Source: Candidatus Nomurabacteria bacterium
GTDB lineage: Bacteria > Patescibacteriota > Minisyncoccia > Phycocordibacterales > UBA9973
Reading direction: 5' to 3'
NCBI GenBank assembly: GCA_016699085.1
Contig: CP064958.1
Location: forward strand, 540,619 to 604,618
Length of the DNA stretch: 64,000 nt
The translations under genes and the position numbers were made by a program. The notes under the pieces are model-generated. The model did no database searches. It was given only the letters and a program-made list of their open reading frames with translations, and was not told where the DNA came from. Below, one piece after another: positions 8,466-16,247 of the stretch; position 1 is the first letter of the stretch, and the number at the start of each line of letters is the position of its first letter.

Positions 8466-9137
8466 ATGAAATACATCGATTTAACTCATACACTTTCATC
8501 ACCTATCCCAAGCTGGGATGGAGATTGTTGCTTTACTGCTCCTATTGTTTACGATTATAAGGATTCAAAAGAACCCAATCTATTCCGTATCCATAGAATC
8601 GAGGCAAAAGCTGGTTGTGGTACGCATATGGACGCTCCTGCACACTGTATTCCTGGTGGGAAGACTATCGATACCCTCGATCTTGATACTCTCTTAGTTG
8701 ATTGTATTGTTATCGACATCTCTGAATCTGCACATGAAAAGTATGTTGCTGGTTTAGATTGTATTGAAACTTTTGAGAGGGAACACGGCAAAGTGCCAGT
8801 AGGAAGCTTCGTGATTTTCTATACTGGTTGGGACAAGTATTGGGATGATAAAGAAAAATATCGCAACAATCTAAACTTCCCAAGTATTAGTGAAGATGTT
8901 GCCAAGTTTCTTATTGAGAGAAATGTTTCTGGTGTTGGTATTGATACCTTGTCACCAGATGCAGTCGGTAATGATTTTCCAGTACACCGCGTAATGCTTG
9001 GGGCAGGAAAGTACATTGTTGAAAATGTTGCAAATGCAGGGATGTTGCCTGCAACTGGTGCAAAAATTTCTGTCATGCCAATAAAGATAAAAGATGGCAC
9101 AGAAGCACCAATACGACTTGTCGCTCAGATTCAGTAA
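8466..9137 (+). CDS. cyclase-family protein / kynurenine (aryl)formamidase-like
   Basis: HxGTHxDxPxH motif (GCGTHMDAPAHC) of PF04199. Confidence 0.75.
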   Translation: MKYIDLTHTLSSPIPSWDGDCCFTAPIVYDYKDSKEPNLFRIHRIEAKAGCGTHMDAPAHCIPGGKTIDTLDLDTLLVDCIVIDISESAHEKYVAGLDCIETFEREHGKVPVGSFVIFYTGWDKYWDDKEKYRNNLNFPSISEDVAKFLIERNVSGVGIDTLSPDAVGNDFPVHRVMLGAGKYIVENVANAGMLPATGAKISVMPIKIKDGTEAPIRLVAQIQ

Positions 9138-9184
9138 GGCTTCTTTTAAAAGATCTCTCAAATGGGATCTTTTTCTTTTCCCCA

Positions 9185-9242
9185 GACCTTCACCACATGC
9201 ACAACATTCACTAGCTCCGAACTTGGGATGTTTGGAGGGTGG
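9185..9242 (+). repeat. family-A element (ccttcaccacatgcacaacattcac + gctccgaacttgggatgtttggagggtgg)
   Basis: Diverged copy. Confidence 0.6.
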
Positions 9243-9298
9243 AGCATAATATTGACAATAGTGCATATATAGTATATAATATATAAAAATTTAAGAGT

Positions 9299-9604
9299 AT
9301 GAAAAAGCACTATTTCTTTGTCACAGCTGATTTCAAATTTAGGAAAAAATATGTTAACACACAATATGATTCCCATCCAACTGATGTGTGGAGGTTTGAT
9401 CAGAAAGAGACCTACATGATTGAGCAAAAAAAAGATGAAACGGATGAAATTTTCTTCCCAGCTCTAAAAAAGTATATTACCGATGCTTTGGATGCATATG
9501 CGGATTCGTGGCTTGCTCAAAGTAATTCAAAAGTACCGCAAGATAGTGGGTGGCAATGGGCAAAAGACAGTGTTAGCTTGATAACCTTTTCAAAGTTAAA
9601 CTAA
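9299..9604 (+). CDS. hypothetical protein (101 aa)
   Basis: ATG ORF. Confidence 0.4.
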   Translation: MKKHYFFVTADFKFRKKYVNTQYDSHPTDVWRFDQKETYMIEQKKDETDEIFFPALKKYITDALDAYADSWLAQSNSKVPQDSGWQWAKDSVSLITFSKLN

Positions 9605-9648
9605 CATCTGAGTGTTGTGAGAAGTCTTGCATTATAGGCAAGGCTTTT

Positions 9649-9679
9649 TCTTTTCCCCAGACCTTCACAACGTTCACTT
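9649..9679 (+). repeat. family-A head (ccccagaccttcacaacgttcacttg) truncated by the 176-bp repeat
   Basis: Element interrupted exactly where ggctcgggaggtaggg begins. Confidence 0.6.
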
Positions 9680-9855
9680 GGCTCGGGAGGTAGGGTGATC
9701 TTTCGTTACACGAACAGTAGACCTTTTTGAAATGTTCAGAATATATTCTTCACATTTAGCAAAAAGCTTTTCGATCCCTACACGAAAGCCAAGCAGTTGG
9801 CTTTCTCTCCCTCGCCACAAAAACTAAAAACCCCCGAAGGGGTCTAAAGTTTTTG
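9680..9855 (+). repeat. 176-bp direct repeat copy 1, starting with a 16-nt copy of the tRNA-Asn 3' end (ggctcgggaggtaggg)
   Basis: Copy 2 at 11657-11832 lies exactly 1977 bp away; contains hairpins gaaagccaagcagttggctttc and ccccgaagggg and an inverted tRNA T-arm fragment ttcgatccctac. Confidence 0.85.
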
Positions 9856-9886
9856 GGCTCCGAACTTGGGATGATGTTCGAATGAA
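9856..9886 (+). repeat. family-A core (gggctccgaacttgggatgatgttcgaatg) directly after repeat copy 1
   Basis: Sits in the position that the tRNA body occupies after copy 2. Confidence 0.55.
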
Positions 9887-9950
9887 TATAATGAGGAAAT
9901 AAAAAAGCCCTTTATATCACTAAATGAGAAAGGGCTTTAATAAGTGAAAA

Positions 9951-10505
9951 TCAAAGTTTATTTATTTCGTTTGCAATCTCTAAAAGTTTAGGATCGTTAG
10001 TTTTACAAAGAAAAAATAATTGCTCATAATTTTCTGGTGTAGTAGGATTCTGAGCTTTTAATTTTTCAAGGATTTTAGTTGTTAAATTAAACCACTCGGC
10101 CTCAAGTCTTTTTTCAAGAAGAGAGGCTTTTGCACCCCATCCCATTTTTGAAGAGTCTTCATAGACGTTTTTTATCAGTCTAACTTGATCTAGATCATCT
10201 TCTTTTTTGATATTTGCAAGAAGTTTATTAAACGCAATATACATTTGAAGACAGATGAGATCTTTTATTTCCTGAGAAGCTACACTAACCTTTTCGCCAC
10301 TATAACCAAATGCATTTACACCATAATAAAGACTTATGTAATGTTTTAGTTCTCTGCATTTTGCTAGCACAGCTTTAGTTTCTTCAAGATCCCATTCCCA
10401 AATGTGGATACTATTAGCTTTGCTAACTAGATTTTCAATTGGAGAATCAAGAATGATTTCCATCTTTGTTGCACCTTGTCCCTGTGCTTTTTTAAAGAGT
10501 TGCAT
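9951..10505 (-). CDS. hypothetical protein (184 aa), family-B leader
   Basis: Preferred start ATG 10505 (MQLFKK...) placed after the conserved leader; the track start 10568 is TTG. Confidence 0.45.
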   Translation of the reverse strand: MQLFKKAQGQGATKMEIILDSPIENLVSKANSIHIWEWDLEETKAVLAKCRELKHYISLYYGVNAFGYSGEKVSVASQEIKDLICLQMYIAFNKLLANIKKEDDLDQVRLIKNVYEDSSKMGWGAKASLLEKRLEAEWFNLTTKILEKLKAQNPTTPENYEQLFFLCKTNDPKLLEIANEINKL

Positions 10506-10627
10506 AATTTTGTGTTTATTTGATTGGTTTCCACAAAAGCCATTTATGCTCCTCTGAAAACCAATCAAATACTATGTGAAAGGGCCGTACTGCTTATACA
10601 ATACTGTAATATCTTAATTTGTCAAAT
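10506..10627 (-). promoter_or_regulatory. family-B promoter (rc tttgtcaaa) plus leader hairpin tttgattggtttcc...gaaaaccaatcaa
   Basis: Third copy of the module. Confidence 0.6.
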
Positions 10628-10629
10628 TT

Positions 10630-10680
10630 TGCTCCGAACTTGCTTGCCCGACCTCTGGCGGGGGATGATGTTCGGAAGAG
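10630..10680 (+). repeat. family-A element (gctccgaacttgcttgcccgacctctggcgggggatgatgttcggaagag)
   Basis: Same variant as at 6371 and 7495. Confidence 0.7.
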
Positions 10681-10705
10681 TTTAAAAAAATGTTAATGTA
10701 TACTC

Positions 10706-11599
10706 ATGAACTCTAACCTCGCCCCAGAAATATTTCGCAAACGCCTTATTATTGAAGGGAAATACACGGTTGAAATAAAAGAGGAGCAATTTGTCACTGA
10801 TTTCCTCTCTGATCTCTCTAGAGAGCTTGGAATGACAATTATTGCTGGCCCATTTATTTCGAGTGCCACAGGTAAGTCGGTACCCCTTCATGATGGTTAT
10901 GAAGGTTCACTTGTGTGGGCAGAATCAGGAGCAAACACATATATTTGGACACGTTCGAAATTCTGCACCGTTGATATTTATTCATGCAAGGAATTTGATT
11001 CAGAAAAAGCAATCAGTTTTATAAAAGAACGATTTGGCATTATAGAATTTTCATATTTTGAATTACCAGACCCTATGGCTTCAAAGCAAGATTCTCGAAT
11101 CGTATTACGACAAAGTGAAAATAAGGGGAACGGTGTTTTTGCCAATAAGGCAATACCTCAAGGAACAGTCGTTTCTTATGTGGATGGACAGATTCACTAC
11201 GCTCAAAAAGAATCTGAAGTATATGTGCATGCTTCAAATCACGCAGTTCCTTTTCATAAATATTTTTATAGAAATGGCTTCAACACAGACGCAGTCAAAT
11301 TAAATCACTCGTGTGAACCAAATTGCTATGTAAAAGATTTATTTTTCGTGACAACCATGCGAGATATACAAGCTGGGGAAGAACTTACATACTGTTATGG
11401 GCTTTTCTGTAACTCTGATTGGGAAAATCCCGAAGGTGTGTGTCATTGTGGTTCTAAAGAATGTCTTGGAAAAATTCTGCCATGGAGAGAGCTCCCTCAA
11501 GACTTTAAGATTAAATACTTTGACTACACCGCTGATTGGATTTTGTTTGATGAAATAAAGAATAAAGGACTTCTTGAAGAACTAAAGAAAAGCATTTAG
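10706..11599 (+). CDS. fusion protein: N-terminal pyruvoyl-type S-adenosylmethionine decarboxylase-like domain (SpeH/AdoMetDC fold) plus C-terminal SET-domain lysine methyltransferase with post-SET Cys cluster
   Basis: SET: GNGVFA, NHSCEPNC, GEELTYCYG, CHCGSKEC. N-terminal: LVWAESGANTYIWTRSKFCTVDIYSCKEFD aligns to the AdoMetDC VVIAESHLTIHTWPE...AVDVFTCGD pattern including the ES self-cleavage site. Confidence 0.75.
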   Translation: MNSNLAPEIFRKRLIIEGKYTVEIKEEQFVTDFLSDLSRELGMTIIAGPFISSATGKSVPLHDGYEGSLVWAESGANTYIWTRSKFCTVDIYSCKEFDSEKAISFIKERFGIIEFSYFELPDPMASKQDSRIVLRQSENKGNGVFANKAIPQGTVVSYVDGQIHYAQKESEVYVHASNHAVPFHKYFYRNGFNTDAVKLNHSCEPNCYVKDLFFVTTMRDIQAGEELTYCYGLFCNSDWENPEGVCHCGSKECLGKILPWRELPQDFKIKYFDYTADWILFDEIKNKGLLEELKKSI

Positions 11600-11656
11600 G
11601 TTAGAATTTCTAAAAAGGTAACAAAAAATCACCTTGTTTTGAAAGGTGATTTTTCT

Positions 11657-11832
11657 GGCTCGGGAGGTAGGGTGATCTTTCGTTACACGAACAGTAGACC
11701 TTTTTGAAATGTTCAGAATATATTCTTCACATTTAGCAAAAAGCTTTTCGATCCCTACACGAAAGCCAAGCAGTTGGCTTTCTCTCCCTCGCCACAAAAA
11801 CTAAAAACCCCCGAAGGGGTCTAAAGTTTTTG
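11657..11832 (+). repeat. 176-bp direct repeat copy 2, abutting tRNA-Asn
   Basis: Identical to 9680-9855 as far as I can read. Confidence 0.85.
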
Positions 11833-11834
11833 GG

Positions 11835-11906
11835 CTCGGGAGGTAGGGATCGAACCTACGACCAACCGCTTAACAGGCGGTCGCTCTACCGCTGAGCTAC
11901 TCCCGA
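11835..11906 (-). tRNA. tRNA-Asn (GTT)
   Basis: Cloverleaf read by hand: acceptor TCGGGAG/CTCCCGA, anticodon loop CTGTTAA, T-loop TTCGATC. Confidence 0.85.
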
Positions 11907-12065
11907 ATCTATTTAAAGAAGGCTGTTTCGGCATCCTCTGCCTTCTCTACTCTTTAACCACTGAATAATTTTCTAACATTCTCATATAAGAATGTGCAAT
12001 TATCCTAGCAAAATTAGGCATAAAAAGCAAAAACAGGCATATATGCCTGTTTACTGTTAATTTCC

Positions 12066-12530
12066 TCATTGATAGTAGTCCTGCCCATTTATCCTGTAGC
12101 CATATTGTGTTACAACCTGACCAGTACTTAAAGTCACCGATCTTGAAATTGGTACTGCTTCTACGGCGTTCTCAGTCTTCTTAGTTTGTTGAGAAATATC
12201 TGATATGACTAGGTAGACTATTCCCACCGTCTGTAGTACATCATTTACAGTTCTCATTATTCGAATACCTTGCCCTCTGTCTGAATAGAAATAGCCAGTA
12301 GGGGTCATGTACCTCCTGTCGTTTCCATAGATCGATTGATTAGGAGTCCAATTCGGGTACTGATTTCTGTGTACTGTTTGTCCACTATTGGTATTCCAAC
12401 AGTTTCCATACATTTGTGAATTGGCAGGGTAATTCAATGGAGTATAGTTTGGAGGCGTCATGTTGTACTGTGCATTGACAGCATGTGCCATAAAGCTCAG
12501 TAAGGCTGTAATTACAATGAACGTTTTCAT
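12066..12530 (-). CDS. secreted N/Q/Y-rich hypothetical protein with signal peptide
   Basis: MKTFIVITALLSFMAHAVNA signal; low-complexity composition. Confidence 0.5.
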   Translation of the reverse strand: MKTFIVITALLSFMAHAVNAQYNMTPPNYTPLNYPANSQMYGNCWNTNSGQTVHRNQYPNWTPNQSIYGNDRRYMTPTGYFYSDRGQGIRIMRTVNDVLQTVGIVYLVISDISQQTKKTENAVEAVPISRSVTLSTGQVVTQYGYRINGQDYYQ

Positions 12531-12660
12531 AGTAGATGATTTTCTTCATTGAACCACTTTTGTGCATATACTGCAATGGGTGGAGGTTAATAATCCAATT
12601 CCTCAACATTCGTATATTTGCTATACTTATAGTAAGCATTATCACTAACTATTTACGCTT

Positions 12661-13047
12661 ATGCTTACAGTCAATATAAAAGCAACGAATATCGAACTAA
12701 CAGATGCCATCAAAGACTACGCTGAAAGAAAATTAAATAGTCTCGATAAATTCATGCATTCAGAGGCTGAAAATATGCATGTAGAAATCGGTAAAATTAG
12801 CAATCATCATAAACAAGGGGAAGTATACAAAGCAGAAGTGAACTTAAGTATTGGCGGCAAGAAATTTTATGCTATAGCTGAGAAAGAGGATCTCTATGCA
12901 GCGATCGATGAAGTGAGAGAAGACATTGTTCGACAGCTGACTGAGAACAAAGAGCGAAGTGTGACGTTGTTCCGCCGAGGAGCAAGAAGTGTCAAGAAAA
13001 TGATGAAGGGCATTTCAAAGAGAAATCCATTTACGTCGAAGTATTAA
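12661..13047 (+). CDS. hpf: ribosome hibernation-promoting factor (HPF/RaiA/YfiA family)
   Basis: N-terminal NIELTDAIKDYAERKL pattern and length typical of HPF. Confidence 0.8.
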   Translation: MLTVNIKATNIELTDAIKDYAERKLNSLDKFMHSEAENMHVEIGKISNHHKQGEVYKAEVNLSIGGKKFYAIAEKEDLYAAIDEVREDIVRQLTENKERSVTLFRRGARSVKKMMKGISKRNPFTSKY

Positions 13048-13077
13048 CTAGTAAATAGAAAATAGTTAATAGAAAGC

Positions 13078-13533
13078 ATGGAGACTCAAATTGAATTTAG
13101 AAAGGCAACGATTGCTGATGTGGAACGCTATATAGAGATAGAAAAAACAGCAATTGGTAAGAAAATATATTTAATCACCACTGATCCCGAGGAAGTGCGA
13201 GATGTAATAGAAACAAATGAAATTTTCTTTATATATGTAGATAATCTACTTGCTGGACGTGTTGCATACGAAATAAAAAATAAAAATGAAGTGTATCTGA
13301 GTGATTTAATTATACTACCTGAATTTCAAGGCCTGGGCATTGCTCGGAAAGCAGCTCTATTTCAATTGGATCAAACAAAAGAATATAACTACGTTTGGTT
13401 TGTGACACATCCGCATAATAATAAAATTCTCACTCTCTATTTATCTCTTGGATTCACTATCGAGTCTTGGAAAGATAATTATTTTGGTGACGGGGAACCA
13501 AGGTTGGTACTTGCTCGTACGAAATCTTCATAA
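13078..13533 (+). CDS. GNAT-family N-acetyltransferase
   Basis: Acetyl-CoA motif region LIILPEFQGLGIARKA. Confidence 0.6.
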   Translation: METQIEFRKATIADVERYIEIEKTAIGKKIYLITTDPEEVRDVIETNEIFFIYVDNLLAGRVAYEIKNKNEVYLSDLIILPEFQGLGIARKAALFQLDQTKEYNYVWFVTHPHNNKILTLYLSLGFTIESWKDNYFGDGEPRLVLARTKSS

Positions 13534-14360
13534 CGAACTTCCTTTTTGCCTTCGGGAATTACTTTCTGTATTTTAAACATACCATCTTCGTACATCGCAT
13601 CAGTGATTTTTACGCGCTTATTATTTTTATCCATAAAATAAATTCCTGGCCAGCCATAATACGCACGATATTTTCTCCACAGGACACTTGGGAGCTCAAC
13701 TCCCAAGTCTACGAGGCCATCTTCCTTTTTGATTTTCTTAGTGAAGGTTGCTTTGGTGTGATCCTGTTCTGTCAGAATAATTTTTCCGAGAATGTATTCT
13801 GGAATTATTTTACTTAACATTTCACCACCATGACAGAAAAGTTCATTACCAAGATCATTTGCCCGCTCATTACCAGTTAGTATTCGTTCGTCTTGGAACA
13901 TTATTGGTCCATGGTCGACTTTTGCATCAAGTTTAATAATACTTACTCCTGTTTTTATATCACCAGCAAGTATTGGTCCAACGACTGGCGCAGTGCCACG
14001 GTAGAGTGGCAAGAGCGATGGATGAATGTTGAGTGTGCCAAATGTGGGCATAGTGAGTAATTTCTCTGGCAAAATTTTGCCATAGGCAGCGACGATGCCG
14101 AGCTCAAAGTTCAAAGTTGAAAGTTCGGCAAAAAATGCATCATCAATTTTTGCAGGTTCGAGGACTGGTATATGGTGAGCTAACCCCCAAACTTTTGTAG
14201 GTGATGGTGAGAGAACTTGGTGTCTGCCGACTGGTTTGTCAGGCGAGGTAACAATGGCGGTCGGTAGATATCCATGTTTGGATAATCCTTCAAGTGCACT
14301 CACAGCCAAGTCCGGTGTGCCAAAAAATACGAATGATGGTTTTTGATTCTGGCTTGCCAT
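13479..14360 (-). CDS. fmt: methionyl-tRNA formyltransferase
   Basis: FVFFGTPDLAV...LNIHPSLLPLYRGTAPV. Confidence 0.9.
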   Translation of the reverse strand: MASQNQKPSFVFFGTPDLAVSALEGLSKHGYLPTAIVTSPDKPVGRHQVLSPSPTKVWGLAHHIPVLEPAKIDDAFFAELSTLNFELGIVAAYGKILPEKLLTMPTFGTLNIHPSLLPLYRGTAPVVGPILAGDIKTGVSIIKLDAKVDHGPIMFQDERILTGNERANDLGNELFCHGGEMLSKIIPEYILGKIILTEQDHTKATFTKKIKKEDGLVDLGVELPSVLWRKYRAYYGWPGIYFMDKNNKRVKITDAMYEDGMFKIQKVIPEGKKEVRYEDFVRASTNLGSPSPK

Positions 14361-14365
14361 TAGAA

Positions 14366-14914
14366 TTATTCAGTTTCCTCGTTATGTTTTGGAAGAATTT
14401 CTTCAATATTTTTTGCATGGTCAATGAAGAGTATGCCATCGAGGTGATCCATTTCATGTTGGAAAATTTGTGCCAAGAGTCCACCGCCACCACGAGTAAA
14501 CTTCTTGCCATATCTATCGTAGGCCTCAATCGTGGCATTCTTGGCACGTTTGGTGTCACCATAGAGCCATCTGACTGATAGACAGCCCTCTGGAGCAGTA
14601 ACTTTTTGCTTAGACATTTTGACAAATGTCGGATTGATACAGATAAGGTCATCGGGCCAGCCAGCCTTGGGTTCCTTGATAGGGCCTTTGGCTTTGAGAA
14701 AGTTTTTGTCAAAAATTTTACCAGAGACAATAAAGATACGCAGTGGTAATCCGATCTGCGGTGCAGCAATAGCGACACCATCATCTTCCGCGTGGAGTGC
14801 AGTTTGCATGTCGCGTATATAGCCTTCGAATTTTTTTGTGCCGATGTCAGAGAGGGATACTTCTTTAGCTTTTTTTCGAAGGATCGGATTGTCGGATTGG
14901 AGAATCGTAACCAT
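14366..14914 (-). CDS. def: peptide deformylase
   Basis: GIAIAAPQIGL, EGCLSV and QHEMDHLDG motifs. Confidence 0.9.
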   Translation of the reverse strand: MVTILQSDNPILRKKAKEVSLSDIGTKKFEGYIRDMQTALHAEDDGVAIAAPQIGLPLRIFIVSGKIFDKNFLKAKGPIKEPKAGWPDDLICINPTFVKMSKQKVTAPEGCLSVRWLYGDTKRAKNATIEAYDRYGKKFTRGGGGLLAQIFQHEMDHLDGILFIDHAKNIEEILPKHNEETE

Positions 14915-14924
14915 AGTTTGTAGA

Positions 14925-16229
14925 CTACTTCATTTCCTTGACGTATTCGAGTAGCTTGTCGAGTTTGATTGTTTCTTGGCTTCGGGTACGCATGTCACGG
15001 ACGATGACGGATTTCTCAAGTGCTTCTTTTTGTCCGAAGATAAGTGCGTGCGGGATTTCTAATTTCTCAGCAATAGCGAGCTGCTGTGAAAGACTATCTT
15101 TCGAAAGTGATTGCGCGATCGGGATATGAGCTTTGCGGAGAATTTCAATGACGTTGAGACTTTGGAGTTTTGCATCAGTGCCGAGTTGGATGAAGTACAT
15201 TTTAGGTTTCTTGATAATGCGTGGTGTGAGTTTCTTGTACCATGGAGAGCCGACAATGCGGTCAACGCCGATCGACATACCGACTGCAGGTACATCTTTC
15301 TTGCTGCCTAATTGTTTAGCGAGATAATCATAACGTCCACCACTTGCAATCGTAAGAGCATTGCCGTTCTCATCTGCTTCAGGTTGGATTATTTCAAATA
15401 CAGTTCGTGTGTAGTAGGAAAGACCTCGAACGAGAAGTTTGTTAATCGTATATGGAATACCCATGCCTTCAAGGTATTCGAGTACTTCTTTGAAATGTTT
15501 CTTGCAGTCGTGACAGAGATAGGCTACAGCATCAGGAGCGTTTTGGTTGATTTCCTTAGTCTTTTCTTCTTTAGAATCTAAGATCCGTAGTGGATTGGTC
15601 TTGAGCCGTTCACGATCAACAGGCGGCAAATTAGCCATGTATTTTTTGTAGTAATTCGTAAGTTCACGGATATACGTGTTTCGGCATTCTTTATCCCCTA
15701 TAGAATTAATATCGACAGAAAGATTTGTAGCCCCTGCTTCTTCGAGTATGGTCATCGTTGTCTTTATAGCGAGCGCATCCATGATAGCTTTGTCACTGCC
15801 TAGTATATCAGCGTCAAATTGCCAAAACTGTCGGTAGCGACCTTTCTGTGGGTTATCGTGACGAAAAACTGGACCGTATTGGTAGTACATGACAGGCTGT
15901 GGCATGTTTTGCATACCGTGTTCGATATAGACACGCATAAGAGATGCAGTATGTTCTGGTCGCATAGCGAGTTTGTCACCACCGCGTGTGCGGAGTGTGT
16001 ACATTTCTTTGTCGATAATATCAGTGCCAACGCCGATCGTCGAAGTGAAGACTTCTTCGTTTTCAAGGATTGGTGTTTCTATTGGTTTGAAGCCATAGTA
16101 GATAGCGACTTCTTGTGCTTTTTCGAAAAATCCCTGGAAGAGGTAGTACTCTTCATCTTTGATATCACGCATGCCTTTGACGCTCATGGGCGCTTCTTTT
16201 TTAACTTTTTTTGCTTGTGGTGTAGACAT
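14925..16229 (-). CDS. hisS: histidyl-tRNA synthetase
   Basis: Class II aaRS motifs (FRHDNPQKGRYRQFWQFD and others). Confidence 0.9.
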   Translation of the reverse strand: MSTPQAKKVKKEAPMSVKGMRDIKDEEYYLFQGFFEKAQEVAIYYGFKPIETPILENEEVFTSTIGVGTDIIDKEMYTLRTRGGDKLAMRPEHTASLMRVYIEHGMQNMPQPVMYYQYGPVFRHDNPQKGRYRQFWQFDADILGSDKAIMDALAIKTTMTILEEAGATNLSVDINSIGDKECRNTYIRELTNYYKKYMANLPPVDRERLKTNPLRILDSKEEKTKEINQNAPDAVAYLCHDCKKHFKEVLEYLEGMGIPYTINKLLVRGLSYYTRTVFEIIQPEADENGNALTIASGGRYDYLAKQLGSKKDVPAVGMSIGVDRIVGSPWYKKLTPRIIKKPKMYFIQLGTDAKLQSLNVIEILRKAHIPIAQSLSKDSLSQQLAIAEKLEIPHALIFGQKEALEKSVIVRDMRTRSQETIKLDKLLEYVKEMK

Positions 16230-16247
16230 AGAGATTACTGAATAGTA

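Larger units (their letters stand above)
9680..11834. mobile_element. putative tRNA-Asn-associated integrated module (two cargo genes flanked by 176-bp direct repeats carrying the tRNA 3'-end duplication); no integrase present
   Basis: Architecture is DR - hypothetical gene - AdoMetDC/SET gene - DR - tRNA-Asn. Confidence 0.5.

Noticed and set aside
1576-10680. Integron-like gene-cassette array with attC sites (family-A repeats)
   Set aside because: No intI-like integrase is present. The repeat ends (TCCGAAC / GTTCGGA) do not match the attC R'/R'' consensus (RYYYAAC / GTTRRRY). Gene orientation flips in blocks while the repeats do not. Fixed polarity and modularity are retained as a finding, but not the integron label.
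1576-10680. Family-A cores (ggctc + cgaac) as degenerate copies of the tRNA-Asn 3' end
   Set aside because: Only about 10 nt are shared, and only after deleting the T-stem. This is too short to distinguish from chance.
9680-11906. Tyrosine integrase adjacent to the att-like tRNA duplications
   Set aside because: None of the ORFs next to the six tRNAs shows integrase motifs (R..HxxR..Y). The elements are therefore called non-autonomous or remnant.
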